Positions 1-8,279 are shown, numbered from the stretch's first letter. The stretch is DNA of 11,038 bases from Octopus sinensis (GCF_006345805.1 NW_021827269.1:1-11038); one strand, 5' to 3'. Translations and numbers: made by a program. The notes: generated by a model from the sequence alone, not told the origin.

Positions 1-103
1 AGACGCACACGTACGAATACCAGTATTCAATTACTAATACACATACACACACATACATACACCGTAAGCACAACCCTGTATATATGAACTTGCACACACA
101 CAC

Positions 104-137
<34 letters not shown>

Positions 138-420
138 CAGAGGGAAATAGGCGAACACAGACACACACACACGCCCACAGAGGTACGGGCACACACAAGC
201 ACGTGTGCATACATGCGCGTACGCGTGTATAAACAAACTCTCACACGTACACAAGTACATGCATGTATATATAATACACACACATACACAAGTACATGCA
301 TGTATATATAATTCACACATATACATACAAGCCATACACACGCATTGATACACATACGCGTCACACTCTCAAGCATACAGACACACATACACAAATGCCT
401 CGCACACACACATCCATAGC
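1..420. repeat. Degenerate (CA)n/(CATA)n low-complexity region with a purer (CA)n core at 93-137
   Basis: Direct reading: alternating CA/TA/CG dinucleotides. Overlapping ORFs translate to HTHTHT/VCVCVC runs. Confidence 0.9.
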
Positions 421-772
421 CGTGAAATTGCTAGCAAATAATGGACGATTACGTATGACAAATCTTTATGACGTAACACATACAGTGTCAAGAGCCACGA
501 TATATTGCGTATTGAGATGTGTATTAGCGAGGGTTTGTGTGTGTGTGAGTGCAATGTGTATGTGTGCGCGCGCGTGGGGGTGTGTGTATATTATCTGCAT
601 GTTTTGTTATACCTTTTTGTATCATTTAGTTGTCCGGATGCTTTGCGTTTTTTGTCCATTTTGTATTTTATCTTTTATATATATAAGCGTCTCTGGGTTT
701 GATTCTGTATGTTTACAAACACACACCTGTAAACACACACACACATATTCACACACTTGTAACTGGGATTAT

Positions 773-1020
773 GTCGGTTACGACTGCTCGAGATACTAAC
801 ATGCAAATGGCTGAGCACTCCACAGATACGTGTACCCTTTCGGTAGTTCTGAGGGAGAATCAATGTGACACGTCTGGCCCTTTGAAATACAGGTACCACT
901 TATTTCTGCTAGCTGAATGGAGCAAAGAGAATAAAGTACCTTGCTCAAGGGATACAATGTGCTGCCTCGAATCGAACTCTCGTCCTTGGGCCGACTACCC
1001 TAATCACTTCGCCGTGCGTC
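773..1020 (-). mobile_element. Diverged tRNA-derived SINE (copy C) with CORE-like middle and a distinct 3' region
   Basis: Minus strand: head GACGCACGGCGAAGTGATTAGGGT aligns to the head of copy B. B-box GTTCGATTC at 969-977. Then TTGTATCCCTTGAGCAAGGTACTTTATTCTCTTTGCTCCATTCAGCTAGCAGAAATAAGT aligns to the middle of copy B. No TSD found. The 3' boundary is approximate. Confidence 0.75.
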
Positions 1021-1070
1021 ATCATCTACGTACATTCATGTAATTACAGATATGCACATACACATGTATT

Positions 1071-1155
1071 CACACACACACACACACACACACACAACAC
1101 ACACACACAAACATTTTCACACATAAACATTTATTTATCCATCTGTCTATCTCTG

Positions 1156-1204
<49 letters not shown>

Positions 1205-1221
1205 CACACACACACACACAC
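1071..1221. repeat. Compound microsatellite: (CA)n 1071-1109, (TA)20 1161-1200, (CA)n 1203-1221
   Basis: Direct reading. Confidence 0.95.
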
Positions 1222-1251
1222 TATATATAATGTAACATTAATGTGCTTCGG

Positions 1252-1551
1252 GTGGAGGCGCAATGGCCCAGGGCAGCGGACTCGCGGTCGGAGGATCGTG
1301 GTTTCGATTCCCAGACCGGGCATTGTGTGTGTTTATTGAGCGAAAACACCTAAAAGCTACACGGGCCTCCGGCAGGGGGTGGTGGTGACCCCTGTTGTAT
1401 TCTTTAGCCCCAACTTTCTCTCACTCTCTCTTCCTGTTTCTTGAGTAACGCTGCGATGGACTGGCGTTCCGTCTAGCCTCGGGGAACACATACGCCACAG
1501 AAACCGGGAAACCGGGCCCACGAGCCTGGCTTGAAAAGGGCGAAAAAAGAA
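1252..1551 (+). mobile_element. tRNA-derived SINE (copy A), full length, with 9-bp TSD
   Basis: TSD GTGCTTCGG at 1243-1251 and 1552-1560. Head GTGGAGGCGCAATGGCCC, B-box-like GGTTTCGATTCC, short A-rich tail. The 3' ~100 bp (1442-1542: TGAGTAACGCTGCGATGGACTGGCG...GAAACCGGGAAACCGGGCCCA) matches copy B. Confidence 0.92.
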
Positions 1552-1808
1552 GTGCTTCGGAACAGTATTGTTCCACAGTTAGCATTAATGAGGTAATGAG
1601 CAAATACGGGAAATAAAAGAAAAAAATTACGATAAGAAAAAGATTATACAAGAACGCACTCGCGCGCGCACAAGCATACATTCACACACACAGACGCACT
1701 CATATGTTTGTGCGTTTATTTAGTATATATGTGTGAATTCTAACATAATGTATGCATTTACACACACGCACTCGTGCGCATGTATACATGTATACTGTGC
1801 CACTGTAG

Positions 1809-1827
1809 TATATATATACATATATAT

Positions 1828-1889
<62 letters not shown>
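1809..1889. repeat. Interrupted (TA)n microsatellite within a wider low-complexity tract (about 1650-2030)
   Basis: Direct reading. Confidence 0.95.
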
Positions 1890-2037
1890 CATGTGCACAC
1901 ACATATATGCTGATAAATGTATATGCTTTATCTATATGTATATATGTAAATATATATTTGAATATGTGTGTGAGTATGTATATACATAGGTCTATGAGTA
2001 TATGGTAATTTATATATACATACATATGTCATACACA

Positions 2038-2428
2038 GGCGCAGGTGTGGTTGTCTGGTAAGAAGCTTGCTTCCCAACCACATGATTCCGAGTTCAGTCC
2101 CGCTCCGTGGCATCTTACAGAAATGTCTTCTGTTATAGTCTCGGCTCGACCAAAGCCTTGTGAGTGAATTTAGGAGACTGAAACTGAAAGAAACCCATCG
2201 TAATATATATATATATATTGTATGTTTTGAGAGTGTGTCTTTGTGTCTGTATTTGTACCTCCAGCATCGCTTGACTACCGATGATGGTGTGTTTACGTCC
2301 TCGTAAGTTAGCGGTTTGGCAAGAGAGATCCGATAGAATAAGTCCTGGGGTCGATGTCCTCGACCTAAGGCGGTGCTCCAGCATGGCTGCAGTCAAATGA
2401 CTGAAACAAGCAAAAATGGAAAAAAAAA
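2038..2428 (+). mobile_element. tRNA-derived SINE (copy D) with an internal (TA)n tract
   Basis: Head GGCGCAGGTGTGGTTGTCTGGTAAGAAGC...GAGTTCAGTCCC. Internal (TA)n about 2203-2218. The 3' part GTTTACGTCC...GGCGGTGCTCCAGCATGGCTGCAGTCAAATGACTGAAACAAG matches the minus-strand copy at 8096-8251. A-rich end. Confidence 0.88.
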
Positions 2429-2462
2429 TTATTTTATAAATTATCATGTTTTAGAGTGTAAA

Positions 2463-2724
2463 TAAAAAAATAATAAATGCGCCTTTTTAAATCCTAACCA
2501 GGCACATGGGCCCGGTTTCCCGGTTTCTATGGCCTATTATTTCCCCAGCTGGACGGGACGCCAGTCCATTGCAGCGTTACTCATTTTTGGCAGCTGAGTG
2601 GACTGGAGCAATGTGAAATGAAGTGTTTTGCTCAAGAACACAACGCGTCGCCGGTCCTGGAATCGAAACCATAATCTTACGATCATGACGCTGACACCCT
2701 AACCACTAAGCCACGCACCTTCAC
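2463..2724 (-). mobile_element. tRNA-derived SINE (copy B) with CORE-like middle and V-domain-like segment
   Basis: Minus strand: GTGAAGGTGCGTGGCTTAGTGGTTAGGG (A-box TGGCTTAGTGG), GGTTTCGATTCC (B-box-like), GTGTTCTTGAGCAAAACACTTCATTTCACATTGCTCCAGTCCACTCAGCTG (CORE-like), GCTGCAATGGACTGGCGTCCCGTCCAG (V-like), then a (TTA/T)-rich tail. Possible decayed TSD AGAGTGTAAA 2453-2462 / GGATTGTAAA 2725-2734 (8/10). Domain names are from memory. Confidence 0.88.
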
Positions 2725-3459
2725 GGATTGTAAATACAAACATCGAAACACAACACCTGACCACCATCTAAACACCTACTTTGCTACATGCATACGTAAT
2801 TGAATGCATATATATATGCGTGAATGTGTGTGTGTGTGTTTTAGATGTTGTAAACTCCACAATCCGTATATATTAGTTTCTCGTATTCGGAATTCGGATG
2901 AGTTACTAAATTTCAAAAAAGTATTGGAATAAAATGCATTGTTTCGTTGGATGCAGTAAATGAAATATTAAATTGAAAATTAATGGGTATATAAACTCGT
3001 GTAGGGGAATAAAAAGGTTTGTGCATGACTGAAATCATGCACTGGAAATATGCTGCTGGAAATGGAAAATCCTATTTAAAATGTAGAGAGGGTGCAAGAA
3101 AAATTACTGACCAGGCCAAAGGAAAAGAAATATATTAACGGGGATTAAGAAATATGATACAAATGTTTACAACAATTTACTAAACCTTCATACGATTGTC
3201 TATTTCGGGGAACATAGTTGAAGAATATATATTGGCGGCTGTGTTCACAAACTGACAAAAGTTCGTGTCTTGTGTTCAGACTTTCGGAAATCGGAAGCAT
3301 AGGAGTTTTCTGCTTGGCGTAATTGGCATCTCAGCTCCTATATGAGTGTGAGAGTAAACATTGATCTTAAATATAGGTGCATTTGATTGCTCTCCTCTTT
3401 TTGTCATACTTAAAATATTTGTGAACTAGTAAAGACGAAGCTTAATATCTCGCTCGGTT

Positions 3460-4226
3460 TAAGGCGACGAGCTGGCAGAAACGTTAGCACGCCGGGCGAA
3501 ATGCTTTGCGGTATTTCGTCTGCCGCGCGCTTTTGAGTTCAAATTCCACCGAGGTCGACTTTGCCTTTCATCCTTTCGGGGTCGATTAAATAAGTACCAG
3601 TTACGCACTGGGGTCGATATAATCGACTTAATCCGTTTGTCTGTCCTTGTTTGTACCATCTGTGTTTAGCTTCTTGTGGGTAGTAATGAAATAGGTATTT
3701 CGACTGCCGCTACGTTCTGAGTTCAAATTCCGCCGAGTTCCACTTTGCCTTTCATCCTTTCGGGGTCAATAAATTAAGTACCAGTTACGCACTGAGGTCG
3801 ATATAATCGACTTAATCCGTTTGTCTGTCCTTGTTTGTACCATCTGTGTTTAGCCACTTGTGGGTAGTAATGAAATAGGTATTTCGACTGCCGCTACGTT
3901 CTGAGTTCAAATTCCGCCGAGGTCCACTTTGCCTTTCATCCTTTCGGGGTCAATAAATTAAGTACCAGTTACGCACTGGGGTCGATATAATCGACTTAAT
4001 CCGTTTGTCTGTCCTTGTTTCTCCCCTCTATGTGTAGCCCCTTGTGGGCAGTAAAGAAATAAGTATTTTGCCTGTCTTTACATTCTGAGTTCAAATTCCG
4101 CCGAGGTTTACTTTGCCTTTTATCCATTCGGGGTCGATAAATTTAGTAGCAGTTGCGTAGTGGGGTCGATCTAATCGATTGGCCCCCTTTTCCAAAATTT
4201 TGGGCCTAATGCCTAGAGTAGAAAAG
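3460..4226 (+). mobile_element. tRNA-derived SINE (copy E) with an internal tandem array, flanked by a perfect 16-bp TSD
   Basis: TSD AATATCTCGCTCGGTT at 3444-3459 and 4227-4242. Head GGCGACGAGCTGGCAGAAACGTTAGCACGCCGGGCGAAATGC. B-box-like GAGTTCAAATTCC. Homologous to the monomer at 8465-8697 on the minus strand. Confidence 0.93.
3510..4190 (+). repeat. 184-bp tandem repeat, three full units plus a partial fourth, inside SINE copy E
   Basis: Units start at 3510, 3694, 3878 and 4062 ((G/A)GTATTT(C/T)G), with an exact 184-bp period. The fourth unit diverges after GGGGTCGAT at about 4170 into a different tail. Confidence 0.95.
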
Positions 4227-4654
4227 AATATCTCGCTCGGTTAATGTAATACATAAGTTCGCACTAGCATATTTACTTTGGTGTATTTTGACACGGTGTG
4301 CGAATGATTTCGTCCCATAATTACTATCAAGTGAGCAATTAATACGATCGATTTGATTGCAGGGAAATGGATAAGGCCAATTAATTGCATTAGAAAGTTG
4401 TTTACCATTGTAAATACCAATTTTACTTACAGACTTATCGTAGCTAGTCATAACTGAATTTCTCTTAAAGATTTTATAGTATTTGAGGTTAGTCGGAAAA
4501 TAAAGGAAAATTAAGTTCAGGCGCTCTTAAGCTATGTTTGTTTTCACACTTAAATTATATGCCACTGATTTTCACGTTGTCTACTTTCCTAATGTAGAAT
4601 ATTAGATTTAAACATATACTTGATTTTTATGAGCAGGCATTGTTACAGAAAACT

Positions 4655-5012
4655 AAAAGTCTGGCTGCATCCGAAAAAATATATATTATGAAATCAAAAT
4701 AAACACAAAATTTATTACACGAATCTGTTACCACCACGACAGTCAACTATTTGACGCCGAACACGAGTTTGATGCTGAATACATCCACGAATTTTCCGCT
4801 CAGATAGCTCTTCCCAAGACTGCAAGACGGTTTCGTGCAATCCATGCCTCGTTGTAGGGTTTTTCAGTTCAACTTTATCGGCCAAAACTTTGAAAATGCC
4901 TTCATCTAATGGATTCCACGTGTAAACATGTGTTGAATAGAACTCACTGAATAAATCTTAATTAACTGTGTTGTCAATTGTATGCACCTGACATGTATGC
5001 AGCCAGACTTTT
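4655..5012 (-). mobile_element. Internally deleted Tc1/mariner DNA transposon (non-autonomous)
   Basis: Perfect 16-bp inverted repeats AAAAGTCTGGCTGCAT (4655-4670) and ATGCAGCCAGACTTTT (4997-5012) enclose a transposase C-terminal fragment. The outermost TIR bases and TA TSD were not resolved, so true ends may lie about 10 bp further out. Confidence 0.85.
4715..4918 (-). pseudogene. C-terminal fragment of a Tc1/mariner DDE/D transposase (67 aa plus stop, no start codon)
   Basis: Hand translation: WNPLDEGIFKVLADKVELKNPTTRHGLHETVLQSWEELSERKIRGCIQHQTRVRRQIVDCRGGNRFV*. NPLD corresponds to the [S]PDLNP[IL][ED] third-catalytic-residue motif. The W-x-x-[LI] and R-x-x-x-[VI]-x-x-x-x-GG ending is typical of this superfamily. 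Confidence 0.85.
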
Positions 5013-5933
5013 CACACAGAGGATACATTATAATAATAATGTGGCCACCGTTAATGGTAGATCACCTGAAGATGATAACGATATCGACTTACTAAAGTTA
5101 GGGATAAAATAAGGTAAAATATTTTGAAGAAATTGAAAATATTTTCCTCAATTTTTCATTCCGCTTTGGTGAATCTAAATATATTTGTATCTAAATTTAA
5201 AATAATGTATAAGAAAAATGACCATCGTAAGATTGGTATATATTGCAAAACACAAACTTGTTTTACTAAGCAATTTCATAGGATGTTTCCTGAATCTGAC
5301 TCCTTTCCTCTGATATAGCGTGAGACTAAGAGGTCATGTCCGTAAACTCCTTTTCTTTATGCTGGAAAAACGTTTATACAATATGTCGAGAATATAAATT
5401 CCTAATATAACACACAATTAGGAGTAATTATATGCATTCATAGAAACATCAAATCGTTCGTCTGCTTTGTGACCCAGGTAGAATTATGAAAAGAAGAGGT
5501 TTTCTCTGCGTACATATATTTGTTGCTTTCGATCGATGGGTACGATCGTATTTACAAAGGTCAAATTTAGGGAAGCTCTTTGATGACAGAAGAGTAATAA
5601 CCAACAATGCAAATCTTGCAATGTTGCAACAAGCAACAAAAATATTTCTCTATTATTGTTCCATAATGGAATGGATAACGTATTCTTTCTTTTCTCTTAG
5701 TATAATCATTTCTACAATTTGTTTGTCGATGGGTCATAATCCATGACCTAATTAACCTACGTATGGGGGTTGTTAACGAAGTTTGGTTTATAATCATAAG
5801 CAATTTATCTCATGTTCAAGGGACGAAATATTCAATTACAATTGTATCATCAATATTAAAGCTGATGGCAAGTTTTTTAGATTCCCAGATTTGTCAAAAC
5901 GCCTGTGTTAGTACTCGATTGCTATATATATTG

Positions 5934-5934
<1 letters not shown>

Positions 5935-5993
<59 letters not shown>

Positions 5994-6013
5994 TGTGTGT
6001 GTGTGTGTGTGTG
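5935..6013. repeat. (TA)24 followed by interrupted (TG)n
   Basis: Direct reading: TA 5935-5982, TG 5983-6013. Confidence 0.95.
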
Positions 6014-6033
6014 TACATACATATATATAATAT

Positions 6034-6062
6034 TATTTTATAAGCTTTAAGCTTATAAAATA
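6034..6062. repeat. 29-bp perfect palindrome (14-bp arms, 1-nt spacer)
   Basis: TATTTTATAAGCTT-T-AAGCTTATAAAATA. Confidence 0.9.
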
Positions 6063-6133
6063 CTGTTATTATTATTATTATTATAATAATTTACAGAATC
6101 GTAAAAACCGACACTGCTTAACAAAACCATCGC

Positions 6134-6136
<3 letters not shown>

Positions 6137-6181
<45 letters not shown>

Positions 6182-6183
6182 TA
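6137..6183. repeat. (TA)n microsatellite
   Basis: Direct reading. Confidence 0.95.
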
Positions 6184-6271
6184 ATGTGCTCTTCCGTGAA
6201 GTTAATATTTGCAAAATCCTGTACTACATCTGATGAATATATTTGCGTGTGTGCGTTTGAGCTGAAACCGG

Positions 6272-6438
6272 TTGACAACCGTTGTCTTGTTTATGTACTC
6301 ATTCAACGGAAGAAACTGATAGGATAAATATCCGATTTAGAAAAGAAATGGAGGTCAATTTGTTCGAGTAAACGATTCAAGAGAGCGCCCCAGTGTAGCT
6401 TCAATCCAGAGACCAAAATAAGTGAGGCAATAAAAAAA
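6272..6438 (+). mobile_element. Old, highly diverged 3' fragment related to SINE family D
   Basis: Collinear blocks TTGACAACCG / TGTTTATGTACTC / GATAGGATAA / GAGGTCAATTTGTTCGAGTAAA / GCGCCCCAGTGTAGC versus copy D TTGACTACCG / TGTTTACGTCCTC / GATAGAATAA / GGGGTCGATGTCCTCGACCTAA / GTGCTCCAGCATGGC. Ends in an A-run. Confidence 0.65.
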
Positions 6439-6877
6439 AGCTTACTTCATAACAGCTTACTTCATATGTATTTTTGCCTATTCTGTCAACGCATTTCATC
6501 TTATCTGACGTAACATAATTTCTTGGATTTGTATAAAAATCCGGGGTTATTTTTGAAAGAGATTCAGAAGCTGATGTAGACTTTCCGGAAACTGACCCTA
6601 TTTTATCAGATGAGATCCCTTTCCATTTCTTTCATGTTATTGTTTGAAGGTGCGTTTTATTGTTTTTATATTCTAAATCCCAATTTCTGATCTAGATATT
6701 TCCAGAATGTTCCATTATTGACAAAAATAATCTCACCATCTCAAACCACCCAGGAAGACTATATGAAACAAAGTGGAGTGGTTTTGGTTGAATAACTCAA
6801 CGGGTACAGTTCTTTCTTTATTCAGTGAGATATTATTCGTCTCTATTCAATAATCTACTATCAGAGGAGGTAATATA

Positions 6878-6992
6878 AACATACATACATGCATACATTC
6901 ATACATATATATATGTATGTATATATGTATGTATATAACTGGATATATATGTGTGTGTATATGTCTGTGTTTGTGCATGTATGTATGTATAC
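6878..6992. repeat. Degenerate (CATA)n/(TATG)n low-complexity tract
   Basis: Direct reading. Confidence 0.85.
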
Positions 6993-7823
6993 ACTTAAAT
7001 GGAGAGCCATAAATACTATAAGTTTAATGGAGAGTGAATGTTTTTCAAAACGAAAATTATTTGGAAATTCATTAGGAAGTGAAACAAAAGAACTAGCGTG
7101 AGAATAAACTAAGTCTGTATGTATAAGGCAATTTGGCATAGAAGTGCGGATATGAAGGTGGTGGGAAGGTTAACGTTAGAAATTTAATACGTATGTGCAC
7201 AATGATTAGACACTACATCTAAGAATATATAAACCGTGTAAGGGGAATATCTTACGACGCTAAAAGTAAATATTGACTTAAAGACGTGAATTTCTCAGAA
7301 ATGTAAATAAGCACTATAATAAAAATGGAATCGGAAACCAAGATTTTCTTATATTCTAATCTGTTTGGAAGCCTACCTGGAAGTGTGTTTACAAGACGAC
7401 GAAAGCTCAGATCATACATTTATACCGTTGGAATTCGATTACAAGATAAACACCATTTTTTAAATTGTTAGACACAATCCTCAATTCAGTTTTTAACCCA
7501 ATAATCCATGGTAGCATTTGGGTCCAGAATCAAGCACCGATCATATTATTTTTAAAGTATATAGGTTTGTATACTTCGATACGGCTGTCATGATTTATCC
7601 GTCAGGGTTAATCAGATATTTCGTCACAAATTTCGTACCTGAAATATTGCCTAAAAATATTTTGGTGGGCATTGTAGTAATTTCAAACAGTTAGCAACAA
7701 GTAGACACCCATCTTACGCGCAGGATATTCTATTTCTTTAGCATATATTTTAAATTCACAATTTTATTTACCCAAAAATTTTGGTTTATACAAAGCATTG
7801 CGTATGCCCGTTTACCTAAATTT

Positions 7824-7867
<44 letters not shown>

Positions 7868-7870
7868 TAT
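7824..7870. repeat. Interrupted (TA)n microsatellite (continues at 8064-8093 on the far side of the inserted element)
   Basis: Direct reading. Confidence 0.95.
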
Positions 7871-8065
7871 GTAGGTCCCGGGTTGATTCGGGGTAACCAC
7901 AGTAAATAAGGTACTCAATACATAGCAGAGTAAAATTAATTTATTATATAGAAGAGCTCTACAGGACTAGACTGTTTCATTCAAGAGAAATCTTCAGGCT
8001 CCCTGAAGATTTCTCTTGAATGAAACAGTTCTAGTCCTGTAGAAGCTCTTCTATATAATAAATTA
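7871..8065. mobile_element. Probable Penelope-like element remnant: inverted pair of pseudo-LTR fragments inserted in (TA)n
   Basis: Arms 7937-7998 (62 bp) and 8002-8065 (64 bp) are reverse complements differing only by two 1-nt indels, with a 3-nt loop CTC. The left copy extends a further ~65 bp (7871-7936). Each arm carries CTGAAGA...GAAAC. Both flanks are (TA)n. The PLE assignment is inferred from the hammerhead core plus inverted arrangement. Confidence 0.65.
7997..8047 (+). ncRNA. Type I hammerhead ribozyme-like motif (mirror copy on the minus strand in the left arm)
   Basis: Core CUGAAGA 8003-8009. Stem II UUC/GAA (8011-8013/8018-8020) with loop UCUU. GAAA 8022-8025. Stem III ACAG/CUGU (8025-8028/8037-8040). 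Triplet GUA with predicted cleavage after 8041. Stem I GGCUCC/GAAGCU, 5 of 6 pairs including one G-U. Non-canonical U-U at the base of stem II. Confidence 0.6.
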
Positions 8066-8095
8066 TATATATATATATATTATATTATATATACA

Positions 8096-8247
8096 CTTCT
8101 ACTCTTTTACTTGTTTCAGTCATTTGACTGCGGCCATGCTGGAGCACCGCCTTTAGTCGAGAAAATCGACCCCGGGACTTATTATTGTAAGCCCAGTACT
8201 TATTCTATCGGTCTCTTTTGCCGAACCGCTAAGTGACGGGGACGTAA

Positions 8248-8251
<4 letters not shown>
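8096..8251 (-). mobile_element. 5'-truncated copy of SINE family D (3' tail only)
   Basis: Minus strand GTGTTTACGTCCCCGTCACTTAGCGGTTCGGCAAAAGAGACCGATAGAATAAGTACTGGGCTTACAATAATAAGTCCCGGGGTCGA...GGCGGTGCTCCAGCATGGCCGCAGTCAAATGACTGAAACAAGTAAAAGAG aligns to 2288-2415. The 5' end merges into a (TG)n(TA)n tract. Confidence 0.9.

Positions 8252-8279
<28 letters not shown>

Noticed and set aside
27-799. ORFs of 61-167 aa rich in HT/VC/YI repeats (similar ones at 1720-2113, 5763-6278, 6861-7139, 9024-9760, 10280-10462)
   Set aside because: They are translations of dinucleotide microsatellites, which lack stop codons in most frames. No domain content.
1252-1330. tRNA gene candidates at SINE heads (also 2038, 2724, 3462, 8697)
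   Set aside because: A/B-box-like motifs are present but no complete cloverleaf. Each runs into a SINE body with tail and often a TSD.
3021-3042. 8-bp inverted repeat GTGCATGA/TCATGCAC (similar 6-7 bp stems at about 5732 and 8926)
   Set aside because: Stems of this size are expected by chance in 11 kb of AT-rich DNA.
3510-4190. Regularly spaced repeats resembling a CRISPR array
   Set aside because: The whole 184-bp unit repeats, with no unique spacers, and it is a SINE body in eukaryotic DNA.
5065-5090. CCTGAAGATGATAACGATATCGAC, a partial hammerhead core
   Set aside because: Lacks GAAA and supporting stems. At best a decayed relic and not supportable.
6439-6466. Direct repeat AGCTTACTTCATA twice with 15-bp period
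   Set aside because: Small local tandem duplication with no evidence of function, and the copies do not flank an element.
6461-6631. Minus-strand stop-free stretch (KKWKGISSDKIGSVSGKS...KNTYE) ending at a GTAAGC donor-like site
   Set aside because: No polypyrimidine acceptor before the upstream stop, and no recognisable protein similarity.
6737-6758. Possible 22-nt minus-strand microexon (TTTGTTTCATATAG|TCTTCCTGGGTGGTTTGAGATG|GTGAGA)
   Set aside because: Splice signals look plausible but such matches are common by chance. No partner exons or recognisable peptide. Needs RNA-seq.
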